From Cyanobacteriota bacterium (lineage in GTDB: Bacteria; Cyanobacteriota; Cyanobacteriia; Cyanobacteriales; Nostocaceae): DNA of 64,000 bases. The first letter of the stretch is position 1. The number at the start of each line of letters is the position of its first letter. The notes beneath the pieces are model-generated. The model saw only the letters and a program-made list of their open reading frames with translations, had not been told where the DNA came from and searched no databases. Location of the stretch: positions 128,001 to 192,000 of the forward strand of contig JBJOKS010000001.1 in assembly GCA_046045965.1 (NCBI GenBank), given 5' to 3'. The position numbers and the translations under genes are program-made. Shown here one piece after another: positions 30,913 through 40,988 of this stretch.

Positions 30913-31013
30913 AGAAAATCATATTTTATTCTCCCCATCTCCCCATCTCCTCAGTCCCCAGTCCCCATCTCCCCATCTCCTCAGTCCCCAGTCAAGAGTC
31001 AAGAGTCCCCAAT

Positions 31014-32186
31014 TTAATACTGTGGCACAGAAGGATCTACTTCCAAACTCCACGCATTAATGCCACCTTTGACGTTAGTTCCCACAATACCGGCTTCTTT
31101 GAGGATAGCCAGGGCTTTGGCAGAACGTCCACCCATTTTACAATGAGCAATTAAACGGTGTCCGTTGAGTATTTCTTTTACCTGAGCAACACCATCACCA
31201 TTTTCAATATCTGGTAAAGGTACTAAGACAGAGCCAGGAATTTTGGCAATTTCATACTCGTGGGGGTTACGTACATCTAACAGGACAAAATCTTGCGCCC
31301 CACTATCAATTAATGCTTTTAATTCCGTAACGGTCATTTCTTGAATTTCCATCTGCTGTTTCGCTTCTTCTGCTTTTGCTTGGGGAATACCACAAAATTC
31401 TTCGTAGTCGATCAGTTGTTCAATAACTGGACGGATGGGATTAGGACGCAATTTCAACTCTCGGAATTTCATATCCAAAGCGTTGTAAAGCATCAAGCGC
31501 CCACTGAGAGTATTACCTTTACCAATAATAATTTTTACCGTTTCTGTGGCTTGGATCACGCCAATAATTCCCGGTAAAATTCCTAACACACCACCTTCTG
31601 CACAAGAGGGAACCATTCCTGGTGGTGGTGGTTCAGGATACAAGTCACGATAGTTAGGACCACCTTCGTAGTTAAATACGGTTGCTTGTCCTTCAAAACG
31701 GAAGATGGAACCGTAAACGTTAGGTTTGTTTAATAATACGCAAGCGTCGTTAACTAGATAGCGTGTGGGGAAGTTGTCAGTTCCATCAACGACGACATCA
31801 TAAGGACGAATGATATCTAAAGCGTTTTCCGCACAGAGACGAGTTTCGTATAAGTCAACCTGACAATAGGGGTTAATTTCGTGAATGCGGTTTTTTGCGG
31901 ATTCAATTTTGGGTTTACCTACCCAGGATGTACCGTGGATAACTTGACGTTGCAAGTTAGAAAAATCAACCACATCAAAGTCAACAATACCGATGCGGCC
32001 AATACCAGCGGCTGCTAAGTATAACAGCAATGGTGAACCGAGTCCACCAGTACCTATACATAATACACTGGCAGCTTTGAGGCGTTTTTGTCCTTCTAAC
32101 CCGACTTCGGGCAAGATTAAATGACGGGAGTAGCGTTCGTAGTCGTCTTTCGTTAACTGGATTTCATCCAGATTAGGATTTAGCAT
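31014..32186 (-). CDS. moeB: MoeB/MoeZ adenylyltransferase with rhodanese domain
   Basis: RYSRHLIL, GTGGLGS, SNLQRQ, PSCAEGGVLG and HCKMGGRS motifs. Confidence 0.93.
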   Translation of the reverse strand: MLNPNLDEIQLTKDDYERYSRHLILPEVGLEGQKRLKAASVLCIGTGGLGSPLLLYLAAAGIGRIGIVDFDVVDFSNLQRQVIHGTSWVGKPKIESAKNRIHEINPYCQVDLYETRLCAENALDIIRPYDVVVDGTDNFPTRYLVNDACVLLNKPNVYGSIFRFEGQATVFNYEGGPNYRDLYPEPPPPGMVPSCAEGGVLGILPGIIGVIQATETVKIIIGKGNTLSGRLMLYNALDMKFRELKLRPNPIRPVIEQLIDYEEFCGIPQAKAEEAKQQMEIQEMTVTELKALIDSGAQDFVLLDVRNPHEYEIAKIPGSVLVPLPDIENGDGVAQVKEILNGHRLIAHCKMGGRSAKALAILKEAGIVGTNVKGGINAWSLEVDPSVPQY

Positions 32187-32549
32187 AAGAGGAAGATGCA
32201 GAATCTCAGAGTATTAATACTAACTCAAAGTTGGTTCAGTTTATAGGTTCTATTTTTTGGGCTGGGGGAATTATATCACATTGGCGGCTGGGAAAGGGGC
32301 GATTGGCTATGGCTTACGCCACGCTACGCTATCGCCAGCGCCGTAGGCGATCGCACTTTTTGAGGTTGAATGATTTTAGCTCACGCAGAAGCGAAAAAGC
32401 GTAAAGAATAAAAAAGTTTTAATAAGTCTAAGTTAATTTTAATATCTCTGTGTTCTCTGTGCCTCTGTGGTTCGTTATTTCATACAAAAATTGTTTTTAC
32501 CCAAATCAAATCATTAATAATACATTGTTTTTATCGTATAAATCCTGAT

Positions 32550-33008
32550 TCAGACAACCTCTATTATTTCACCTTGAAACTGATGATTATCATCCAGAGA
32601 AAAACTATTTAATTCACCCGCTTTCCCCTGTGCAACTGATACAATAATATAAGAATATTCTGCCCAAGCATAGAGTCTATCACATTCTGAAGGAATAGCA
32701 GGATAATCAGGATGGGAATGAAAAATACCAATAATATTTAAATTGCGATTTCTCGCTTCTTTCTGTATTTGTAACATAAATTGAGGAGCGATCGCATATC
32801 TTCTTCTGGTACTATATGATTCTTTGTCCTCTGTAAAATTAGCCTCCTCCGTATTCCACACATTTTCTGCTGGTATTACTTCTACAACAGTTTTTACCCC
32901 ATTACTGAGATAACCCAGTATTAACCCACAACATTCATCAGGGTAGGTGTTTTCAGCATGAATGTTGATAATTTGCAAGTGTTCTGGGTAGATTTTTAGA
33001 TGATTCAT
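32550..33008 (-). CDS. JAB/Mov34 (M67) metallopeptidase
   Basis: YPDECCG and HSHPD..PSECD JAMM motif; upstream of moeB. Confidence 0.9.
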   Translation of the reverse strand: MNHLKIYPEHLQIINIHAENTYPDECCGLILGYLSNGVKTVVEVIPAENVWNTEEANFTEDKESYSTRRRYAIAPQFMLQIQKEARNRNLNIIGIFHSHPDYPAIPSECDRLYAWAEYSYIIVSVAQGKAGELNSFSLDDNHQFQGEIIEVV

Positions 33009-33214
33009 AGAAATTGAACTAAAACGCAAATATATCCATTAATTGCACAATTCTGAAAATAGTATCAATACTGCTACACAAAAATTTTTCTCTTTCGCAA
33101 GTTAGAGCAAATAAACTACTCAAAAGATAGAAGAAAATAAAATATAAATCTTATAAATTACAAATAAACATAAAGAGGTAATCAAGGCTAATTTTTGTCA
33201 TTACCATATTAATC

Positions 33215-33373
33215 CAATACTGTTCGGTTAAGGATTTTTGTAGGTTGGGTTGAACAAAGTGAAACCCAACAAACCCTTGTAAACGTTGGGTTTCGTTCCA
33301 TTGCTTCGCAACGCTAACGCGAACAACCCAACCTACGTGATTTCGTTGTTTTGAGTTTAACCGAAAAGTATTG
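33215..33373. mobile_element. 159-bp MITE with 17-bp TIRs and a perfect 10-bp target duplication
   Basis: CATATTAATC|CAATACTGTTCGGTTAA ... TTAACCGAAAAGTATTG|CATATTAATC. Confidence 0.9.
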
Positions 33374-33425
33374 CATATTAATCTCTATGTTCAGTTTGGT
33401 TGATTAGTTTTGTTTAGGGAGTTTT

Positions 33426-34256
33426 TTGATGTTTAATAAATCTGATTTTAACCATTTTAAATTCATTCCAAACCTGAATAAAATTCCAGTCATCATTGCT
33501 TTAGGAGCGATGGTGATAATGCTTCCAGCTTGTGAATTTGAAGACAGGAGAGAAGCCTTTGAACCTGTACCACCAGCAGATGTTGTTACTGAGACAGTTA
33601 CAGATCAAACAGATCAACTTATTGGAAAAACAGTCACAATTAGAAGTCAACCTATTAGGAAAATTAGCCCTTCAGCTTTTACAATCATAGATGAGGATAT
33701 GTTTGGTCCACAAAATATCCTCGTTATTAATGCCACAGGTGAACCTTTTCAGTTACCTGAAACAGCGAATACAGAAGTTCAAGTTACAGGACCAGTGCAA
33801 AGATTTAATCTAGCAGAGATTAATAGAAATTACAATTTAAATTTGCAGCCAAACTTGTATCAAGAATATGAAAATCAACCTGTGATTATTGCCAAATCTT
33901 CAGCACTATCACCCACACCAGGAGAACTCACTACCAACCCCAGCGCCTACTATGATAAAACATTAGCAGTCAAAGGCGAAATTAAAGACATACAAAGTCC
34001 AGTTGTATTCACATTGCATGAAGAGAAGTTACTAGGAACAACAGGCTTATTAGTATTACAAACTAAATCCGAACCAAGAGTCAATCAAGGAGATAAGGTA
34101 GTTGTAACAGGTGTATTGCGTCCATTTGTGGTAGCTGATTTGCAAAGAGATTATAATCTCACCTGGGATTTGAATTTACAAAGAAAGCTAGAAGCTGAAT
34201 ATCGCAATAAACCCGTGTTTGTGGCTACAGATGTTTACCTCAAAGCAGCTCGTTAG
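33426..34256 (+). CDS. Hypothetical lipoprotein with an internal tandem domain duplication
   Basis: LPAC lipobox; two similar halves (KTVTI..VQVTG..YNL..EYENQPV and KTLAV..VVVTG..YNL..EYRNKPV). Confidence 0.8.
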   Translation: MMFNKSDFNHFKFIPNLNKIPVIIALGAMVIMLPACEFEDRREAFEPVPPADVVTETVTDQTDQLIGKTVTIRSQPIRKISPSAFTIIDEDMFGPQNILVINATGEPFQLPETANTEVQVTGPVQRFNLAEINRNYNLNLQPNLYQEYENQPVIIAKSSALSPTPGELTTNPSAYYDKTLAVKGEIKDIQSPVVFTLHEEKLLGTTGLLVLQTKSEPRVNQGDKVVVTGVLRPFVVADLQRDYNLTWDLNLQRKLEAEYRNKPVFVATDVYLKAAR

Positions 34257-34278
34257 TAAAGTTAAATGCTGGGGTTTT

Positions 34279-35013
34279 TTAGGAAATAAAATTGACTCTA
34301 CCAGTGTTAATATCATAAAAAGCACCAACAATTGTTAATCTACCTGCGCTGATTAATTTAGATAAAACTGATGAATTTCTTTGCAATTTTTCACTTTGAA
34401 ATTGAATGTTTCTAATGACAGCATTTTCATCATCATTCGTGTCACTTGTTCTCTGTTGGTTTTGATTTAAAGTCGGTTTAATGCCATCAACAACAGTACC
34501 AATGTTTCCTGGAACTGGTTCATTTTTTATAGCTGCTGCAACTGCACCACAGTTTTTATGACCCAAAACTACTATTAGTTGTGTTCCTAAAATAGCAGCA
34601 GAATATTCTAAACTACCAATAACTTCATCACTAGCAATATTACCAGCTATACGCACAACAAATAAATCACCAAGTCCTTGATCAAAAACCATTTCTGGTG
34701 GTACACGAGAATCTGCACATCCTAATATTGCTGCATAGGGATATTGGGTTTGAGAAACTGATTGTAAACGTCTTTTTGATTGGTTAGGATATCTACGATT
34801 TTGATTAACAAATCTTCTATTTCCTTCTATTAATCTTCTTTGAGCTTCATTTGCACTGACTGGGTTAGGATTAGGATTAGTTTCAGGAATTGTAATTTCT
34901 GGTCGGTTGGTAATTATGCCATTACAAGCAGTAATACCACCAATACTTAAGGTAGTAAAACCTGCGATTTTTAAGAAGTTACGACGACCTATAAAACCGT
35001 TAATTCTACTCAT
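34279..35013 (-). CDS. Beta-class carbonic anhydrase with Tat signal
   Basis: RRNFLK twin-arginine motif; CADSRV and HKNCGAV zinc ligands. Confidence 0.93.
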   Translation of the reverse strand: MSRINGFIGRRNFLKIAGFTTLSIGGITACNGIITNRPEITIPETNPNPNPVSANEAQRRLIEGNRRFVNQNRRYPNQSKRRLQSVSQTQYPYAAILGCADSRVPPEMVFDQGLGDLFVVRIAGNIASDEVIGSLEYSAAILGTQLIVVLGHKNCGAVAAAIKNEPVPGNIGTVVDGIKPTLNQNQQRTSDTNDDENAVIRNIQFQSEKLQRNSSVLSKLISAGRLTIVGAFYDINTGRVNFIS

Positions 35014-35197
35014 AAGTCTACCTGAAAACTTCTAAATGGTTGCCAAGAAGATATCAGATTTGACAATGAGGTGAGAGTACCTAATTACACGGTTTAAGGG
35101 TTATTTAATCTTTTGCTTAAATACCAAACAATATATTGACAGTATGGACTATAATTCTTGCATTCTTCTTTGCAAATTTGCGTGAGAAAAAATATCT

Positions 35198-35926
35198 TTA
35201 ATGTCTTTTTCCTGCACCCAAATATAATTCTCCCACCTTGGGATCATTTAACAATTCCAATCCCGGACCAGTTATAGCATCCCTTCCTGATTCTAATACA
35301 CAACCACGATGTGCCATTTCCAAAGCTTTTCTCGCATTTTGTTCTACTAAAACAATAGCAGTACCTGATTGATTAATTTGTTTAATTTGTTCAAATACTT
35401 GTGTCACCAAAATGGGAGATAAAGCCGCAGAAGGCTCATCTAAAAGTAGTAGACTGGGTTCTAACATCAAAGCTTTTCCCATTGCTAACATTTGTCTTTC
35501 ACCACCTGATAAAGTTCCTGCACGTTGACGACGGCGATCGCTCAATCTCGGAAACATTGCAAATATCTGATCTTTCAATGGTTTCAAGGGAACATTCCGC
35601 ACAAAAGCTCCCATTTCTAAATTTTCTTCTATTGTTAAAGATGGAAAAACATTAGCGATTTGGGGAACATAACACATTCCCTTTTTCACAATTTGATCTG
35701 ATTTTAACCCATTAATTTTTTCCCCTTTAAAAGTAATAGTACCTGTATGGGGTGTCAACAATCCAAAAATTGTTTTTGCTAAAGTAGATTTACCAGCACC
35801 GTTAGGACCAATTACAGTTACTAATTCTCCTGGTTCAACCCGAAAATTAATACCTTGCAAGATATCTACATCTTTAATATATCCAGCATGGACATTTTCA
35901 ACTTCTAATAAATAGTTATTAGTCAT
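35198..35926 (-). CDS. LivF/NatE-type amino-acid ABC transporter ATP-binding protein
   Basis: GPNGAGKST, LSGGERQMLAM, LLLDEPS and VEQNA motifs. Confidence 0.92.
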   Translation of the reverse strand: MTNNYLLEVENVHAGYIKDVDILQGINFRVEPGELVTVIGPNGAGKSTLAKTIFGLLTPHTGTITFKGEKINGLKSDQIVKKGMCYVPQIANVFPSLTIEENLEMGAFVRNVPLKPLKDQIFAMFPRLSDRRRQRAGTLSGGERQMLAMGKALMLEPSLLLLDEPSAALSPILVTQVFEQIKQINQSGTAIVLVEQNARKALEMAHRGCVLESGRDAITGPGLELLNDPKVGELYLGAGKRH

Positions 35927-35947
35927 TAGTTATTAGTTATTAGCAAT

Positions 35948-36003
35948 AGGGAACAGGGAACAGGGAACAGGGAACAGGAAATAGGGAACAGGGAACAGGG
36001 AAC
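35948..36003. repeat. STRR heptamer array (GGGAACA)n
   Basis: About eight tandem copies. Confidence 0.88.
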
Positions 36004-36068
36004 CTGTAATTACTCATTGGTAACAATAATCTTCTGTCACCTGTCACCTGTCACCAATCACCAATCCC

Positions 36069-36296
36069 CTAATCTGCTATTTTTTGCAATTCAGGGCGTT
36101 CTTCTGGCAAAATAGCCCCTTCTACTGGGCAAACTTGTAAACAGATGCCACAGTCGATACAGGTAGCAAAATCTATCCAGAACCAATCTGTACCTTTGAC
36201 GTTTTTGCCTGGTCCTTCATGAATGCAAGCTACAGGACAAGCACTTACGCAGTCAGCAACGCCTTCACAAACGTCAGTTACTATTGTGTGTGGCAT
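36069..36296 (-). CDS. Bacterial-type dicluster ferredoxin
   Basis: CEGVADCVSACP and CIDCGICLQVCP motifs. Confidence 0.92.
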   Translation of the reverse strand: MPHTIVTDVCEGVADCVSACPVACIHEGPGKNVKGTDWFWIDFATCIDCGICLQVCPVEGAILPEERPELQKIAD

Positions 36297-36360
36297 TTTT
36301 CATTCCCCTCTCTTGATTGAATCAGCAGTTTCTAGCTTAACAATTTGTAATATTAGCCTG

Positions 36361-37572
36361 TCAACGGACTGCTTCAATAGTGGGTGTACCATCGGAGTTA
36401 ATCCAAGCGATTTGGGCAATAGAGCGATCGCGTGCATAGTTCCGAATCGCTTCTGCATCCCTTCCACCTAAATCCATTTCTACCCGCACTAAATGAGTAG
36501 ATTCACGTAATTTTTGCGCGTAAGCAAAGGCAGGAGCATCAGCATTTTTGTTTTCCGGTACTACTAACCAGTTACTTGCGGGGATATTTTGCGGTAATTG
36601 CTGAGTCGATGCCAAAACTTGGTATAAATCATCAATACTCAATTCAAAGCCAATGCCAGGAATATTTTCCCCTTGGGGATGATATAGCCCTAAAAGTTGG
36701 TCATAACGACCACCGCGCCCTAAAACCTGTGCTTGACCATCAATATCACTGACTACTTCAAACACAATACCTGTATAGTAGTCAATGGTTTGAATTAAAC
36801 TCAGGTCCAGAATTAAAGAAAACTTACCTTCTGATTCTAGTAATTCTACCAGAGATTTCAGGTGATTTACCGCCGCTTGTTGGTCTGCATCCAAATTTAA
36901 ACTGCTGACTTTTTGCAACACATCGGCACTATTGCCACGCAAATCTAACATGATTCTAGCGCGTTGGTGCAGTTCTTCACTTAAAGCCAAAGTATCGAGA
37001 GTTACACGATCCAAATTAGCGATCGCATTTCTCACCTGACTTCTGATATGAGCGGGAAAAGCATCAAGCAGAGATTTAGTAATTCCCGCTTCACCTAAAA
37101 TCAGATGCCATCCGCGCAAATCCAAAGCTTCTAAACAGTTAGCCACCAACAACAGCACTTCTGCATTTGCCAGTAAACCACTCGATCCGAGCAACTCCAC
37201 CCCAGCTTGATAATACTCTTGCTGACGATTATGACGCTTTTCCCAGTTGCGGCGAAATACATTAGCATTGTAATACAACCGTTGGGGATATGCCGTTTCC
37301 GCCATGCGAGTAACTACAGTCCGAGCAATGGAAGCTGTGAGTTCTGGACGTAAACCCAATTCTTCATCTTGCCCATTTTGCAATTGTATTACCTTATGGC
37401 GCTGAATCGCTTCCCCAGCCATCAGCGTATCCATCCGTTCCAAAGTTGAGGTAATAATCCTGTGATAACCCCAACGGTGAAAAACTTGTTGTAACCTATC
37501 TTCAATCCAGCGTTTTTGAGCCACATCTAAGGGTAATAAGTCCCTAGCTCCCGCTGCTGGTTGATACACCAT
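36361..37572 (-). CDS. hisZ: ATP phosphoribosyltransferase regulatory subunit
   Basis: LRPELTASIAR, QAGVELLG, YYTGIVF and GGRYD; HisRS-like. Confidence 0.92.
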   Translation of the reverse strand: MVYQPAAGARDLLPLDVAQKRWIEDRLQQVFHRWGYHRIITSTLERMDTLMAGEAIQRHKVIQLQNGQDEELGLRPELTASIARTVVTRMAETAYPQRLYYNANVFRRNWEKRHNRQQEYYQAGVELLGSSGLLANAEVLLLVANCLEALDLRGWHLILGEAGITKSLLDAFPAHIRSQVRNAIANLDRVTLDTLALSEELHQRARIMLDLRGNSADVLQKVSSLNLDADQQAAVNHLKSLVELLESEGKFSLILDLSLIQTIDYYTGIVFEVVSDIDGQAQVLGRGGRYDQLLGLYHPQGENIPGIGFELSIDDLYQVLASTQQLPQNIPASNWLVVPENKNADAPAFAYAQKLRESTHLVRVEMDLGGRDAEAIRNYARDRSIAQIAWINSDGTPTIEAVR

Positions 37573-38489
37573 TATTTTTTCTTCCCACCAAACAAACCAC
37601 CAAACAAACCACCACTTCCAGACTTATCTGGTTGCGTATCTCCATTATCAGCAGATTTCTTCACCTGATGAGTACCGGATTGATTCCCTAAAACTTTATC
37701 AACTTTAGGTTTCCATTCCAAAGCCAATTTCTCATTGGGATCTAATTTCAGTGCATTGTCAAAGTGAATTTTAGCCATTTTTAGCTGATTTTGCCGTAAA
37801 TATACGATTGCCATCAAGCTATGGCAGCGACTATTTTTCGGCTCCAGCTTCAAGGCATCCTGTAATTCTACTTTGGCCTGGGCAAATTGGTTATTTTCAA
37901 TCAAAGTTTGAGCGCGACGTTGGTACTGTTCCACCACGGAGTCTTCTTTTGGTGGTGGCGGTGTTCTAGAATTAACAGAGGTTTTAACAGCTTGGGGCGT
38001 GGTCATTAACCGCCCTGCACGCCGCATCAAGTAAACTAAATTCAATTCGCTAATTTGGGCAATGAATTGGGGTGTTTGCAGCAACTCATCAAATTGGATT
38101 TCAGCAATTTTAGCTAATTCTTTTGTGTACAATAAATCAACATTGGTTGCGATCGCTAATTGCTTGGACACCTCAGTTGTGAGTACCAACTCCACTGACT
38201 CTTGTGCTAGACGCTTGCCTATTTGCGACAAAACCAGGATATATTCAGCACGATTACGTTCTACAGATAGTTTTTCATAAGCAGGATTAACCAGCTTAGA
38301 TAATAATTCAGTGGCAATATCTTTTTCATGACTGTTGATCACAGCAGAGCTATCTGGGTGCAAGCGACGGGCAATTTTGAGATAACGTTTGCGGACTTCG
38401 CCAGCACTCGCGTCAACAGGAACACACAAAACTGCGTGATGATCTATAAAATCATATTTGAATAAGCCGCCATCTATTTTGATAGACAT
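37572..38489 (-). CDS. J-domain + TPR protein
   Basis: RRLHPD J motif; C-terminal TPR repeats. Confidence 0.88.
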   Translation of the reverse strand: MSIKIDGGLFKYDFIDHHAVLCVPVDASAGEVRKRYLKIARRLHPDSSAVINSHEKDIATELLSKLVNPAYEKLSVERNRAEYILVLSQIGKRLAQESVELVLTTEVSKQLAIATNVDLLYTKELAKIAEIQFDELLQTPQFIAQISELNLVYLMRRAGRLMTTPQAVKTSVNSRTPPPPKEDSVVEQYQRRAQTLIENNQFAQAKVELQDALKLEPKNSRCHSLMAIVYLRQNQLKMAKIHFDNALKLDPNEKLALEWKPKVDKVLGNQSGTHQVKKSADNGDTQPDKSGSGGLFGGLFGGKKK

Positions 38490-38576
38490 ATACAAGTGTT
38501 GCACCCAAGCAGCAATTTTTTATAGTTTACCCTGTCAGTAATATGGAGATAACAGTTATTAGCAATTTTCCTGATG

Positions 38577-39386
38577 TCACCAAGCTGACAAAGGCGGAAC
38601 TCCCATGAGTTCTTGACTGAGAACGTGATGAATATAACCATTAGTAGCCAGGATTCTACCGGAATCAATTTGTAAATCACCACGATCATAAGCCGTGACT
38701 TTACCACCCGCTTCCTGCACCAAGATTATACCAGCAGCCACATCCCAAGGTGCAATACCTCTTTCCCAATAGCCATCGACACGGCCACAGGCAACATAAG
38801 CTAAATCTAAAGCAGCAGAACCGCCTCGCCTCACACCTTGGGTAAGATGGGTAAGATGACAAAATTCTGCATAATTATTATCAGTAGTTTCCCGGCGGTC
38901 ATAAGCAAAACCAGATGTTAATAAGCTTTTACTCAATTCAGAAGTTTGAGACACTTTCATAGGTCGGCGGTTGCGTGTTGCACCTAAACCAGCAGCAGCC
39001 CGGAATAGTTCATTATGGAAAGGGTCATAAATTACACCAACTTGTGGTACACCCTGAATCAATAACCCAATGGAAACAGCAAAACAGGGATATTGATGGG
39101 CGTAGTTAGTTGTACCATCCAAAGGATCAATTGCCCATAGATATTCACTGGCTTGATTTCCCAGTTTACCTGACTCTTCTGCCAGAATAGAATGTTGGGG
39201 AAAATGACGGTTGATGATTTCCAAAATCACCTTTTCCGAAGCCTTATCAGCTGCGGTAACTAAATCACCAGGTCTTCCTTTTTCGGTAATCGCATCTTCT
39301 ACTTTACCTAAATAATCTTGCAAAATTACACCAGCAGCCAAAGCCGCTTCAGTAGCTATATCGAGAAAAATTTGTAAGTTAGTCAT
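38577..39386 (-). CDS. suhB: Inositol monophosphatase family protein
   Basis: WAIDPLDGTTNY and WDVAAG motifs. Confidence 0.9.
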   Translation of the reverse strand: MTNLQIFLDIATEAALAAGVILQDYLGKVEDAITEKGRPGDLVTAADKASEKVILEIINRHFPQHSILAEESGKLGNQASEYLWAIDPLDGTTNYAHQYPCFAVSIGLLIQGVPQVGVIYDPFHNELFRAAAGLGATRNRRPMKVSQTSELSKSLLTSGFAYDRRETTDNNYAEFCHLTHLTQGVRRGGSAALDLAYVACGRVDGYWERGIAPWDVAAGIILVQEAGGKVTAYDRGDLQIDSGRILATNGYIHHVLSQELMGVPPLSAW

Positions 39387-39411
39387 TGGTAAGGAGTCAG
39401 GAGTCAGGAGT

Positions 39412-39505
39412 TATACTTCGCAAGGTCATAATTTGAGCTTTTGCTTAAAGAGAATATAGAGGATATATGGATGTAAAAACGCAAGTTATGAATTTTTCAA
39501 GTATA
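39412..39505. repeat. Palindromic ~90-bp element, copy 1 (downstream of the GGDEF gene)
   Basis: TATACTT..TCATAA...TTATGA..AAGTATA inverted ends; direct repeat of 40849-40934. Confidence 0.85.
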
Positions 39506-39512
39506 ACAGAGC

Positions 39513-40823
39513 CTAGTGCGGCGTATAAAACGCAAAATTATTCTTCCCAGACATCTTGACGGAATACATTGCATTATCAGCATTGTTCAATAGGTCTTCA
39601 GGAGTTATAGCGTGATCAGGAAATATGGAAATGCCGATACTTGAACCAATATGGATAAGATCCTCGTTATAGCAAATCGGTTGAGCGATCACGTCAACCA
39701 ATTTTCGAGCGATGATTGCGACATCATCGTTCTTAACATCATGAACAATGACAAGAAATTCGTCACCGCCCAAACGTGACACAGTATCTTCTTGTCGAAG
39801 GCAATGAAGCAGACGTTCAGATACTGCCTTGAGTACATAGTCGCCAGCGTCATGTCCAAATGTATCATTAGCCACTTTGAATCCATCTAAATCGATAAAT
39901 AGGATAGCTGTCTTCGCCCCGCATCGCGCCATGTGAGTGCTGATCATTCTCAACCGGTCAATTGCCAAGCGACGGTTTGGTAATCCTGTTAGAGAATCAT
40001 AATTTGCCATATATTCAGTTTGAGCATTGAGTTGAGTCAGCTCTTGGTTTTTTTCCTTGATTGTAGTGATAAAGTTCTCAAGGAGTAGGCCAATAGCTTT
40101 GTGATAGGCAATTTCCAAATCAATCTTGACTTGAAGTCCCTTGTTGCGCCAGATAAGAGTTTCAATTTCTGCTGGACTCAATTTGGTGGTATGTCCAAGT
40201 TGAAGGCTGTTGACTCGGTCATCCAAGTTTTGGCTAATGGCTTTGGATTTTAAGCGGAATCTGACAGTCAGCGTGGTATTGTTGAATAATGGATTGGGTT
40301 TATACTGCTCATTGGTTGCCTCGATATCTACATATTCCATATCATCGAATAGCACGCAGCCACCATAAAAGACTCCCCTTACAAAATCAGGAGGTAGTGG
40401 CGTGATATTCTCATAAACCGCGATGCCTGCATCTTTATCAATCGACTGAAGAATGCACCAGCCAATTTCATCTTTTCCTCCTCCACGTACTACGGAGTTA
40501 TATCCACCACTCTCTTGGTTAACATAAAGCCAATCCATTCCAGAGTGAATCATAGTTTTCCCCAGTCCATTTTCGTACCATATTCGCAAAAAATTGACGC
40601 CCGCATAGAATAATATGATTGCAGAGTAATCAAGAGTCTGTTGGATACGATGCAGGATATCAATCAGCATAGAATACGGATACCACTGATCTGGACTAAG
40701 TTCGTCGATTTGTAATTCTTGTGGAAGAATGTTCATGTTAGAGAATGATGCAATAAGACCAAGCAAAAATGAGCCAGAAACCTCACCTTTTGCTGCCTCA
40801 TGATTATCAGTGCGTTTTATCAT
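39513..40823 (-). CDS. Diguanylate cyclase with an uncharacterised N-terminal domain
   Basis: YDSLTGLPNRR, DLDGFK, RQED I-site and intact GGDEF. Confidence 0.93.
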   Translation of the reverse strand: MIKRTDNHEAAKGEVSGSFLLGLIASFSNMNILPQELQIDELSPDQWYPYSMLIDILHRIQQTLDYSAIILFYAGVNFLRIWYENGLGKTMIHSGMDWLYVNQESGGYNSVVRGGGKDEIGWCILQSIDKDAGIAVYENITPLPPDFVRGVFYGGCVLFDDMEYVDIEATNEQYKPNPLFNNTTLTVRFRLKSKAISQNLDDRVNSLQLGHTTKLSPAEIETLIWRNKGLQVKIDLEIAYHKAIGLLLENFITTIKEKNQELTQLNAQTEYMANYDSLTGLPNRRLAIDRLRMISTHMARCGAKTAILFIDLDGFKVANDTFGHDAGDYVLKAVSERLLHCLRQEDTVSRLGGDEFLVIVHDVKNDDVAIIARKLVDVIAQPICYNEDLIHIGSSIGISIFPDHAITPEDLLNNADNAMYSVKMSGKNNFAFYTPH

Positions 40824-40848
40824 AGTGTGATTTTTGGCGTTGCTGATA

Positions 40849-40934
40849 TATACTTCCCAAAGTCACAATTTGAGCTTTTGCTTAAAGATAATTTTATGGA
40901 TATCAAAACGCAGATTATCACCTTCTCACGTATA
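40849..40934. repeat. Palindromic ~90-bp element, copy 2 (upstream of the GGDEF gene)
   Basis: Shares AATTTGAGCTTTTGCTTAAAGA and the TATAC...GTATA ends with copy 1. Confidence 0.85.
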
Positions 40935-40988
40935 GGAGTCAGGAGTCAGGAGTGAAGTGAATATCTTCCCCCTGTTCCCTGTTCCCTG

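Noticed and set aside
30806..31154. Three overlapping ORFs with GGRRQEA and SPQSP repeats
   Set aside because: They are translations of heptamer STRR arrays between recA and moeB. The same applies to 49084-49326, 50833-51042 and the 48203 extension of trpC.
31014..33008. MoeB + JAB pair as a ubiquitin-like antiphage system
   Set aside because: The E1-rhodanese plus JAMM pair fits ordinary sulfur-carrier metabolism, and no E2, Ubl or CD-NTase is nearby.
39412..39505. Canonical integron attC site
   Set aside because: The ends do not fit RYYYAAC...GTTRRRY in the gene's orientation and no intI is present. It is kept only as an analogous palindromic boundary.
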